Part shown: piece by piece, positions 53,529-61,466 of the stretch | How positions within the stretch are numbered: position 1 is the first letter of the stretch | Layout of the letters: each line of letters starts with the position of its first letter | DNA from: Anaerolineae bacterium | GTDB taxonomy: Bacteria; Chloroflexota; Anaerolineae; CG2-30-64-16 | Reading direction: 5' to 3' | Assembly (NCBI GenBank): GCA_034434235.1 | Contig: DAOTZV010000129.1 | Span: 24,284 to 88,283 of the forward strand | DNA length: 64,000 nucleotides | Notes under the pieces: generated by a model | What the model saw: only the letters and a program-made list of their open reading frames with translations | Told to the model about the DNA's origin: nothing | Database searches by the model: none | Position numbers and translations under genes: made by a program

Positions 53529-56396
53529 TTATGCGCTGCTCCCGCGCAGAGTAAGCAGTCGCGGCAGGCGACGGATGAGCGCAACGGCGATGACCACCAG
53601 CTCCAGGCCGATCATGATGCCTGCAAACGTGATCGCCATTTGCGCGATCAGGTCGTCGGGCACGACCGGCAACAGGGGCGGCAAGGGCGCGTTCTTGACG
53701 CCGGCGATGCGGAAGAAGGGCGCGAACAGATAGGATGCAAAGGTGCCGATGAGCGCGCCGCCGGCCGCGCCGTAGGCCGTGATGGCGATGTATTCCAGCA
53801 GCACCTGGCCCAAGATCTGGCGGCGCTGCAGGCCGATGGCGTGGAGCACGGCAAAGCTGTGCAGGCGTTCGTTGAGGGATGCATAGGTGTTGATCAGCAG
53901 CCCGGCCAACGCCATGGCGGCCGCGGCCAGGAAGCCGACGGTCAGCGTGCCGAACACGCCGACCCGCTCGGTCTTGGCTTGCTCTTCGCGGATGGCGGCG
54001 TTGGCGTCGCGCAACCTGGCGGCTTCGACGCCCATGCCCCGCATGGCCTTCAACACATCCGATCCACTCGCGCCCGGCTTCAGGCGCAACCAGATCTGGT
54101 GTTCGACCGGCCCGCCCGTGAGCGAAAACAGGTAGTCCAGGTTGGTGATGCCGACCGGTTGATCCTCGTAGACCGTCGGAAAGTACTTATAGGTGCCGAC
54201 GATCGTAAAACGGACCTGGTAGGAACCGGCGCTGCCCAGGCTCACTTCGGCCTGGAGCGGATCGCCGATCCGCAACTGGCTGTTGGCCAGCACGGTTTCG
54301 GGGACCAGGATGCCATCGGGCCGCTGCGCGAGCAGGTTCATCAGTCCCCCGAGCGGTTCCTGGGCGAAATCGCGGCGAAACCAGGCCACAGCCGGAAAGA
54401 CCACCCGATCAATGCCGAGCAGCCGGCCGGCCGTGACCCGGCTGCCGCTGCTCAATCTGACGCGCATGGCATAGTTGCCGACGCGCGTGCCGTTGGCAAC
54501 GCCCGGCAGTTGCAGGAAATCTTCCAGGGGCAGGATCCAGGTCGCGTCGGTCGCCAGGCTGCCCTCGGCGCTGGCCGGCACCGGCACGAAGCTCAGGTCG
54601 GCGCCGGCTTCGTAATACATGCGATCCACCAGCCATTGATCGAGGCTGGCGGCCAGGGAGAAGGTATAGATCCCCAGGCCCAGCGAGATCATGATGAGCA
54701 AAAGCGGATTGACATAACTTTGGACCTGTCGGCCCAGTTGGCGGAGCGCCAGGTGCGGCGCGATCCACGGCAGCAGCGCGGCGATCCAATCCAGCGCGCG
54801 CATGATCAGCGGAAAGATGCGCATGACCAGGAGCGCGGCGGTCAGGATGAAGAGGGCCGGCACCAGCACGAGCAGCGGATCGCGAAAGAGGTCGGTGGGC
54901 CGGTCGGTGACGAGCATGGCCAGCGAGCCGTGGCGCTGGAGCTGGTCGTAGGCGTAGGCGGTGGGAAGGAGCAGGAGCAGGTCGAGATAATAGCGATACC
55001 AGAAGGGCGCGCGCACGGGGCGGGCGTGCTCGCGCTCGGCCTCGACCACGCTCTGTTGGCCGGCGCTCCAGGCCGGCACGAGGCGGGCGATCAACGACAC
55101 GAGCAGGGCCGCGATCACCAGCCGGAAGTCGAGTCCCTGCAACGAGATCGGCATCGGCGGCCGCGCGGTGAACTCCAGGAAGCTGACCGTCTGGCCCATC
55201 AGCAACGCGATGCCCGCCCCCATCGCCACGCCCAGCGGCACGGCGACGACGAAGATCAGCAGTTGCTCCACCAGGGTCAGGCCGAGCACCGAGAGCAAGC
55301 TGACCCCGCGGCTCACCAGGATCGCGGTTTCCCGGCGCTGCCAGCGGGCGACGATGGCCGAAGTGAGCACCAGGAAATAGAGCAGAAAGCCGAAGGCCGG
55401 CAGGTTGAAGCCGAGGAGGAGGATCGTCAGGGTCTGGTTGCGGTTGACGAAGTTCTCCAGCGGCTTGATCGGCGAGACGTCCAGCCGGGCGCCGGGCGCG
55501 AACTGCTCGATGACGTTCATGGCGCGCTGAAAGCCCTTCAGATAGGCCGACGAACGGGACGGATTCAGCGCGGTTTCGTCCAGGATGAGCTGCCAGGCGA
55601 CGAAGCGCGAGCCGCCGATCACCACCGGCTGGATGTGCGCCACGTAGTCTTCCTTGCGCACCAGGAAGGTATCGTTCAGTGCCAGCGACGGGTCGGTGAA
55701 CCAGAAGGGGTCTTTGGGGTTGATCGGCTTCCAAAAGCCGCGCACCCGAACGGGGATGATCTGCGACGCCATCGTGACGCCGAGGGAGTAGCGGTCGCCC
55801 ACGTTCATGCCGGCTTTGGCCGCCAGCTCGTGCGGCACCCACGCCTCCAGGATATCGCCGGCCGGCGGGGCATCCATCGGATCGCCGATGATCTCGATGT
55901 GGTCTTCCACTCCTTCGATATAGCCGACGTTGGCATTGCCCAGGTAGCGCGCCTCGCCGGTGCTGCCGCTGTCGCCGGGTTGCGCCTGGAGCATCAGGCC
56001 GCCGCTTTCGATCTCGAAGTGGGCGGCCTTCAGCGGTAGGCCGATCTCGGCCGCCAGCGTTCCTGCCACATGTGCGGTGAGCCGTTCGGCCGTCTGGAGG
56101 GTGACCGGCACGTCGGCGTTGGGCATCATGTAGACGCGCATCGAGAAGGGCGGCCGGCCGGTGGATCTGGTCAGTTCCGCCAGCTCTTGCAGGAGCACGA
56201 CGCGATCTACGGCCTGGGCGAAGAAGCCCGCGCTGGTGACCAGGCCGATCGCGAACGCGACGGCGAGCAGGGCCAGGAAGGACAGCTCGAGGCGATAGAA
56301 GAGGCGCTTGCGCGCCAGATGGATGAGTGCCCACACCATCAGCAGCGGTTGGGCGATCGTAACGAACTCGTGTTTTCGTTCAGGCATTGGAGTCAT
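53529..56396 (-). CDS. Large ABC transporter permease with two FtsX-like domains (MacB/LolE-type, 955 aa)
   Basis: Two sets of four TM helices with large extracytoplasmic loops; no cognate ATPase gene adjacent in the window. Confidence 0.75.
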   Translation of the reverse strand: MTPMPERKHEFVTIAQPLLMVWALIHLARKRLFYRLELSFLALLAVAFAIGLVTSAGFFAQAVDRVVLLQELAELTRSTGRPPFSMRVYMMPNADVPVTLQTAERLTAHVAGTLAAEIGLPLKAAHFEIESGGLMLQAQPGDSGSTGEARYLGNANVGYIEGVEDHIEIIGDPMDAPPAGDILEAWVPHELAAKAGMNVGDRYSLGVTMASQIIPVRVRGFWKPINPKDPFWFTDPSLALNDTFLVRKEDYVAHIQPVVIGGSRFVAWQLILDETALNPSRSSAYLKGFQRAMNVIEQFAPGARLDVSPIKPLENFVNRNQTLTILLLGFNLPAFGFLLYFLVLTSAIVARWQRRETAILVSRGVSLLSVLGLTLVEQLLIFVVAVPLGVAMGAGIALLMGQTVSFLEFTARPPMPISLQGLDFRLVIAALLVSLIARLVPAWSAGQQSVVEAEREHARPVRAPFWYRYYLDLLLLLPTAYAYDQLQRHGSLAMLVTDRPTDLFRDPLLVLVPALFILTAALLVMRIFPLIMRALDWIAALLPWIAPHLALRQLGRQVQSYVNPLLLIMISLGLGIYTFSLAASLDQWLVDRMYYEAGADLSFVPVPASAEGSLATDATWILPLEDFLQLPGVANGTRVGNYAMRVRLSSGSRVTAGRLLGIDRVVFPAVAWFRRDFAQEPLGGLMNLLAQRPDGILVPETVLANSQLRIGDPLQAEVSLGSAGSYQVRFTIVGTYKYFPTVYEDQPVGITNLDYLFSLTGGPVEHQIWLRLKPGASGSDVLKAMRGMGVEAARLRDANAAIREEQAKTERVGVFGTLTVGFLAAAAMALAGLLINTYASLNERLHSFAVLHAIGLQRRQILGQVLLEYIAITAYGAAGGALIGTFASYLFAPFFRIAGVKNAPLPPLLPVVPDDLIAQMAITFAGIMIGLELVVIAVALIRRLPRLLTLRGSSA

Positions 56397-56494
56397 TCAT
56401 CGGATTGCCGTACAGGCGACCGATCGTGAACATGGAATCAAGCTGCTTCATGTCTTACTATAGCAGCATGTAGCTGAATCAGCAAGCTGTGTAT

Positions 56495-56932
56495 TTATGC
56501 GTCATTCATCGGTCGGGCTGATCGGTTGCACAATCCCCGCGCTCGATACACCTCGGCCGCCTCGCGCACGAACGCGGCCGTCTCGTGCGCCTGGAACTCG
56601 TCGGCCAGGCGGGCCGCCAGCGCCAGCATCTCTTCGTATGTGGCACGGCCCGGCCGCAGCGTCTCGTACATGCGCAGCAGCTCGGCGTTGGGGACGGCGG
56701 TCAGCTCGGCCGCGCGGCGCAGGTTGGCCGCCAGCTGCGGAAAGCCGGCCCGCGCGGCGATGGCGGCCTGCGCGCGCAACGCCTCGGCCGTGATGCGCAG
56801 GTCATCGTCGGTCAGTTCGCCCGCGGCCAACCGCTCCAGCGTGATCTCGTCCAGCGGCCGGCCGCTCGCCGCCCGCAACTCTTCACCTGCGTTCTCCGTC
56901 AACGGATAAACACTCTCCATGCTGATCTCCAA
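56495..56932 (-). CDS. pduE: Coenzyme B12-dependent diol/glycerol dehydratase small (gamma) subunit (PduE/DhaB3-like)
   Basis: ...LRMYETLRPGRATYEEMLALAARLADEFQAHETAAFVREAAEVYRARGL aligns with the PduE C-terminus (IYNALRPFRS...AAFVRESAEVYQQR). Confidence 0.75.
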   Translation of the reverse strand: MEISMESVYPLTENAGEELRAASGRPLDEITLERLAAGELTDDDLRITAEALRAQAAIAARAGFPQLAANLRRAAELTAVPNAELLRMYETLRPGRATYEEMLALAARLADEFQAHETAAFVREAAEVYRARGLCNRSARPMNDA

Positions 56933-56968
56933 CCCCCAACCCCCAATCCCTAACCCCTATCCCCCGCC

Positions 56969-59287
56969 TCACTCCGGCTCCCAATCGAACCACAGCTCCT
57001 GCGGCGGCCTGTCGGCGACCTCGTCGGTCTCGCGGCGGTGCAGGAGCGCGGTCTTGACGATCAGGCGCAATCGCGCCCAGTTATCAATCTTCACCCCCAC
57101 CGGCGCCGGCGGGACGCCTTTGGCGTAGCGCGCCGCGTTTCGGCCGATCGCCCGGTACGTCTCCAGCGTCAGGCTCGGCGATTGCGGAAAGAGCTCCAGG
57201 TTGTTGAGCCGGGCCAACCCGCGCTTGTGGATGACGGCCGTGCCGCGCGATTGCAGGCCGATGGCGATGCCCGATCCGCTGAGCTCTGCGCCCGCGTAGC
57301 CGATGGCCGCCAGGTCGGAGCTGCGGTACACCTTCACCACGCGGGCGGTCAACCCTTCGTCGGCCACGCCCGCCAGGATGGCCGCCAACACCGCCTCGTG
57401 CTCCAGCCCCCCGATGGTGCGGGTGAGCGCCGCGTTGAACGCCGGGCCGACCGCGACGATCACTTCGGGTCGGGTGCCCGGCCGGGCCGGACCCAGCTCC
57501 ACCAGCTTCGGCGAGGCCGGGCCGACGTGCGGCGCGACGAATTGGCGCGGGGACTGCGCCTGGCGGATGGCCTGGAGCCGGGCCCAGCGTTCCCCTGCCA
57601 GCCGATAGCCGGTGCCCGGGCCGGTGTAGTCGTTCGGATCGTTGATCGCGCTGAGGACACGGAAGCGACCGGCCCCTCCGGCCGTCTCTGCTGCACGGGG
57701 AGAGGAAGTCCGGCTCTCCCCTCTCCTTGCAGGAGAGGGGGCGGGGGAGAGGTCGAAGATCGCGGCCGGCTGCAGATAGTCCCCCGCCACGCGCTGGCGG
57801 CCCATCTCCAGGATGTTGGCGGCCACATCTGCAAATCCGCGACGGCGCAGCGCGTCGGCCACGGCCAACATGCCCAGATCGCTCGCCAGGAAGCGGTCGG
57901 CCGCGGCCAGGTCGGCCACGGCGTCGCGGTCGGGCATGTCGTCGCTGCTGTGCGCCGTCGTGGCCGCGGCCACCTCGTCGTCGCTGATCGGCGGCAGGCC
58001 CAGCTCCGCGTAGACCGCCTGGATCGCCCGGCCGGCCCGCTCGCGCACCGCCAGGGCCGCCTTTTCGGTGATGGGGACAATCCCGCCGTCCACCTGCATG
58101 TCGCGCTGGAGCACGTTCCAGTCGTCGAAGTCCTCGGCGTCGAAGTTGCCGCCGCCGAACAGATTGTCGCGCTTGGGCACCGCGCTGTAGCCGGAGCAGA
58201 TGAAGTCGGTGCCGGGGATGAACTGGAGCATGAGCTTGGCCGATTTGCGCATGGTCGAGTGCGACGCGAGCGCGTCGTTGCCCGAGGCGCATTCCAGGCC
58301 GAGCATGGAGGCGAGCAGGTTCTCGGCGAGCACCGCGCGCACGCCGGCCGGCAGCGCTTCGGGCAAGGCGATGCATGAGATCGAGCCGTTCTGCACCCCC
58401 TGGCTGCCGGCGCCCTTCGTCACCAGCAGGCAACGCGCCTCCAGGTAGAGCATCGAGCAGCGTTCGGCGTGGCCCATCAGCGCCTCAGAGCCGGTGCCCG
58501 AGGTGAAGCGCACCTTGATTCCGCGCGATGCGTAGGCCGCGGCCAGGAACGCCTTCGACCAGGGGGTGTCGTCGCCGTCCACGAAGGCCCGTTCGGTGCC
58601 GTAGACCGAGAGGGTCTCGGCGTAGGTGGTCAACCCCTTCAGCGCGATCCGCAGGCCCAACGCCTCCTCGACCGCGCATTGGGTGAGGACGCCGCCGCGG
58701 CCCGTTTGCGTGCCGACGAGGACGGCCAGCGCGTTGAGCGGCGCGTTACGGGCCACGCGCACGGTCGTTTCGACCTCCGCGAAGCCGCGCAGGGCCGCCT
58801 CGGCCGCGTCGGCCGCGAGGAGCGCGGGATGCTCCTTCCAGTTGGTCACGTGCGCCTGGTTGGCGGGCGTCCGCCGGACGCGCATCTTGGCGAGGCCGAT
58901 CATCATCTCGAGCACGTTCATGTGGCGGATGATCTCGACCAGCTTGGCCGGGGTGCAACCGGCCGCCAGCCGGCGCACGGCCGCCTGCGGCACGTTGATG
59001 TCGGCCAACATGCGCGCGATCTGGAGGGACGGCGTCGCCATGGCCTCTTCGGCCACGGCCAGATCGAGCGCGTGGTCGGCGATGAAGATATCCAGGCTAT
59101 CGAACTCGGCCCGCGGCTTGCCGTCCATCTCGACCACGCGGCCGGCCTCCAGGCGCAGGGACGGCTGCGGGTCGTAGGGGCTATCGGCGACGATCAGCCC
59201 GGCCTCGGGCCATGGCTCGACGAACGTCTCTTTGTTGATGTCGCGTTCGGCCAGGATGGCGAAACGACGGGATGGGTTGGGTGTCAT
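56969..59287 (-). CDS. pduCD: Fused large (alpha) plus medium (beta) subunits of coenzyme B12-dependent diol/glycerol dehydratase (PduC-PduD fusion), with a ~30-aa low-complexity insertion
   Basis: Residues 1-~560 match PduC/DhaB1 closely, including QAHVTNWKEHP, DGDDTPWSKAFLA, GSQGVQNGSISC and FDDWNVLQRD. Residues ~580-772 match PduD (EVIVAVGPAFNA..., GLTARVVKVYRSSDLAAIGYAGAELSGSGIAIGLQSRGTAVIHKRGL...LELFPQSPSLTLETYRAIGRNAARYAKG). Confidence 0.85.
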   Translation of the reverse strand: MTPNPSRRFAILAERDINKETFVEPWPEAGLIVADSPYDPQPSLRLEAGRVVEMDGKPRAEFDSLDIFIADHALDLAVAEEAMATPSLQIARMLADINVPQAAVRRLAAGCTPAKLVEIIRHMNVLEMMIGLAKMRVRRTPANQAHVTNWKEHPALLAADAAEAALRGFAEVETTVRVARNAPLNALAVLVGTQTGRGGVLTQCAVEEALGLRIALKGLTTYAETLSVYGTERAFVDGDDTPWSKAFLAAAYASRGIKVRFTSGTGSEALMGHAERCSMLYLEARCLLVTKGAGSQGVQNGSISCIALPEALPAGVRAVLAENLLASMLGLECASGNDALASHSTMRKSAKLMLQFIPGTDFICSGYSAVPKRDNLFGGGNFDAEDFDDWNVLQRDMQVDGGIVPITEKAALAVRERAGRAIQAVYAELGLPPISDDEVAAATTAHSSDDMPDRDAVADLAAADRFLASDLGMLAVADALRRRGFADVAANILEMGRQRVAGDYLQPAAIFDLSPAPSPARRGESRTSSPRAAETAGGAGRFRVLSAINDPNDYTGPGTGYRLAGERWARLQAIRQAQSPRQFVAPHVGPASPKLVELGPARPGTRPEVIVAVGPAFNAALTRTIGGLEHEAVLAAILAGVADEGLTARVVKVYRSSDLAAIGYAGAELSGSGIAIGLQSRGTAVIHKRGLARLNNLELFPQSPSLTLETYRAIGRNAARYAKGVPPAPVGVKIDNWARLRLIVKTALLHRRETDEVADRPPQELWFDWEPE
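57670..57752. repeat. In-frame palindromic insertion inside the dehydratase gene (…CTCCCCTCTCC-TTGCA-GGAGAGGGGG…)
   Basis: Inverted repeat read directly; encodes DLSPAPSPARRGESRTSSPRAAETAGGAGR, which is absent from canonical PduC at this position. Confidence 0.55.
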
Positions 59288-59352
59288 GGGTAGTCGAGTA
59301 GTCGAGTAGTCAGATAGTCAAGTAGTCAGATAGTCGGGTAATCGGACAGTCA
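59288..59352. repeat. Tandem octamer array (GAGTAGTC-like x8; mRNA-sense GACTACTC) directly abutting the dehydratase start codon
   Basis: Read directly: GGTAGTC GAGTAGTC GAGTAGTC AGATAGTC AAGTAGTC AGATAGTC GGGTAATC GGACAGTC; no canonical SD between the array and the ATG. Confidence 0.7.
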
Positions 59353-59360
59353 GCGATGCT

Positions 59361-59396
59361 CCAAGCCGGTCTGTGACCGGCGGTCGGGGGTCACCC
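59361..59396. repeat. Family B hairpin element (inverted orientation: GCCGGTC-TGT-GACCGGC + GGTCGGGGG)
   Basis: Its reverse complement closely matches the 26-mer at 6317 and 28209; it lies downstream of the isomerase gene end. Confidence 0.5.
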
Positions 59397-59524
59397 TCTG
59401 AGCCTGAATGCGTGGTCTACTGAGTCTTGTGTGCTTTGGCGGCCCGGACTGCGTTGAGATAGGTCTCTTCGGTCTTGAGCACGTGTTCGAGCACCTGCAT
59501 CGTATCAAGCCTCGGGATTGCTTT

Positions 59525-60277
59525 CTACGCCTTCCCCATCCTGCGCAGGTTGTCCAGGCATCGCGCCACCACTTCCAGCGGCGGGTACTTGTAGCTTTCC
59601 TGCTCGACGATGTACCACTCGGTGCCGCCCTGCGTCTCGCACAGCTCGAAGACGCGTTGCCACGGCACATCCCCTTCGCCCAGGATCGCCAGCGGATCGG
59701 TCGCCGAGTACTCCTTGAGGTGCACGGTGATCGCCCGGCCGGGGTAGCGCGCCAGGTAGGGGATCGGGTCGCCGCCGCCGTGCAGCGCGTTGCCGATGTC
59801 CACCTGCATGATCACCTCTTTGCGGGTGTTGCTGAAGAAGGTATCCCACGGCAGCTCGCCTTCCAGCGGCTGGAATTCGATGGCGTGATTGTGATAGCCG
59901 ACGAGCATGCCGTAGGGCCGGAGCCGCTCGGCGATCTCGTTGAAGATGCCGGCCGTGCGCAGCCACGCGGCGCGCGAGCTGCGATATTCCTCGGCCAGCG
60001 CCGGCACCACCAGGTACTTGTTGCCGAGGATCTGGTTGAACTCGACGGTGCGGAGCAGCTCATCGCCCAAGAGGGTGTCGAGCCGGATGTGCGTGCCGCA
60101 GCACTTCAAGCCCAGGTCGTCGAGCATGGCGCGCAGTTCCCTGGCCGTGCGATCGTAGTAGCCGGCGAACTCAACGCCGACGTAGCCCATCTTCGCCACC
60201 GCGGCCAACGTGCCGGGCAGATCCGCCGCGCACTCGTGGCGAACGGAATAGAGTTGGAGTCCGATTGGGATGGTCAT
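59525..60277 (-). CDS. Sugar phosphate isomerase/epimerase (xylose-isomerase-like TIM barrel)
   Basis: Family-typical blocks IGLQLYSV, GYHNHAIEF and the metal-ligand pattern; SD GGAGG before the ATG. Confidence 0.7.
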   Translation of the reverse strand: MTIPIGLQLYSVRHECAADLPGTLAAVAKMGYVGVEFAGYYDRTARELRAMLDDLGLKCCGTHIRLDTLLGDELLRTVEFNQILGNKYLVVPALAEEYRSSRAAWLRTAGIFNEIAERLRPYGMLVGYHNHAIEFQPLEGELPWDTFFSNTRKEVIMQVDIGNALHGGGDPIPYLARYPGRAITVHLKEYSATDPLAILGEGDVPWQRVFELCETQGGTEWYIVEQESYKYPPLEVVARCLDNLRRMGKA

Positions 60278-60294
60278 GGGATGTCCTCCGATAG

Positions 60295-60365
60295 TCAAAC
60301 GTCAAACGTAAAACGTCAAACGTAAAACGTCAAACGTGAAACGTGAGACGTTTTACGTTTTACTT
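60295..60365. repeat. Tandem heptamer array (C/A)AAACGT x8 followed by two inverted copies (ACGTTTT), occupying the whole intergenic leader of the isomerase gene
   Basis: Read directly: CAAACGT CAAACGT AAAACGT CAAACGT AAAACGT CAAACGT GAAACGT GAGACGT TTTACGT TTTAC; same unit as the array at 41107-41160. Confidence 0.7.
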
Positions 60366-61466
60366 TTCACGATACTCTATCCCCGCCGCCTCGATCTCCG
60401 CAGCCGTCACTTCGCGGCCGAGGTGGCTGGAGAGATAGATGCCCTCGGTGATCAGGGCGGTCTTGAGCGCCAGGCCGGCCGTGTCGAGCAGCGGCACGCG
60501 GCCGAGCTGCGCCCAAACCCAGTGGCGCTGCGAATGGTCGAAGCCGGCCTCGAGCGGGTTGCACTGATGCCAGCGCCAGTCGGCCTGTTTGATGTCGAAC
60601 GTGGCGTTCATCTCCATGTCCGACAGGGTGGTGAAGTAGCCGAACGGCTCGACCCGCAACCCGGCGTGCGAGCCGAACACGCGGTCGCCGTCCGAGCTGT
60701 CGGCGTGGATCGCCCATGCTTCTTCGATGAAGTAGGTGATCCCGCCGGCCAGGCGCACCAGGCCCATGCCGAGCTCCTCGACGTTGTAATTGCCCGAGGC
60801 CCGGCGGTCGGGGTACATGTTGTCGAGCATCTGATAGGTGCGGCCCGAGACGGTCTCGACGGCCGGATTGCCGAGCAACCACATCATGCGCGCGATGTGA
60901 TAGACCGCCATGTCCACCAGCGCGCCGCCGCCGGCCATCTCTTTCTGGACGAAGGCCGGCGTGCCGTAGCCGTCCACCCACGGCCGGCCGCGGCGGCGGT
61001 AATGCGACGACTTGGCGTAGTAGATCTGGCCGAGCTGGCCTTCGTCAATCATCCGTTTGGCCGCGCGCGCCTCCGGCGTGTAGAGCGTGTTGAGCTGGAT
61101 GTGGAGCATCCGGCCGGTGCGCCGGGCGGTGTCGTACATCGCCTTTGCCTCTGAGTATACCCAAGACATCGGCTTTTCGCAATAGACGTTCTTGCCCGCC
61201 TCCAGCGCGGCGATGGTCACCGCCGCGTGCAATCGGTTGTGCAACGCCACGTCTACCGACTGGATGTCGTCTCGTCGGAGCAGCTCCCGGTAGTCGCTGT
61301 AAACCGCCACCTCCGGGCCAATGGCCTGGGCCACCCGCCGCGCTTCGTCCTCGCGCAGGTCGCACACGGCCACGATCTCGGCTTCGGGGACCTCTTTGTA
61401 GCGCTCGACGTGGACCTTGCCGATCTGGCCCACGCCGATGATGCCGATGCGGACTTTGTCGGTCAT
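60360..61466 (-). CDS. Gfo/Idh/MocA-family NAD(P)-dependent oxidoreductase
   Basis: N-terminal Rossmann fold MTDKVRIGIIGVGQIGKVHVERY, EKP motif (YCEKPMS), 368 aa. Confidence 0.8.
   Translation of the reverse strand: MTDKVRIGIIGVGQIGKVHVERYKEVPEAEIVAVCDLREDEARRVAQAIGPEVAVYSDYRELLRRDDIQSVDVALHNRLHAAVTIAALEAGKNVYCEKPMSWVYSEAKAMYDTARRTGRMLHIQLNTLYTPEARAAKRMIDEGQLGQIYYAKSSHYRRRGRPWVDGYGTPAFVQKEMAGGGALVDMAVYHIARMMWLLGNPAVETVSGRTYQMLDNMYPDRRASGNYNVEELGMGLVRLAGGITYFIEEAWAIHADSSDGDRVFGSHAGLRVEPFGYFTTLSDMEMNATFDIKQADWRWHQCNPLEAGFDHSQRHWVWAQLGRVPLLDTAGLALKTALITEGIYLSSHLGREVTAAEIEAAGIEYREK

Noticed and set aside
53640-56334. 799-aa (+) and 641-aa (-) alternative-frame ORFs overlapping the FtsX permease
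   Set aside because: Only the 53529-56396 frame yields TM helices and an FtsX architecture; the others are Arg/Gly/Pro-rich.
57038-58433. 446-aa (+) and 449-aa (-) ORFs overlapping the dehydratase gene
   Set aside because: The dehydratase frame aligns residue-by-residue with PduC/PduD; the alternatives are compositional.
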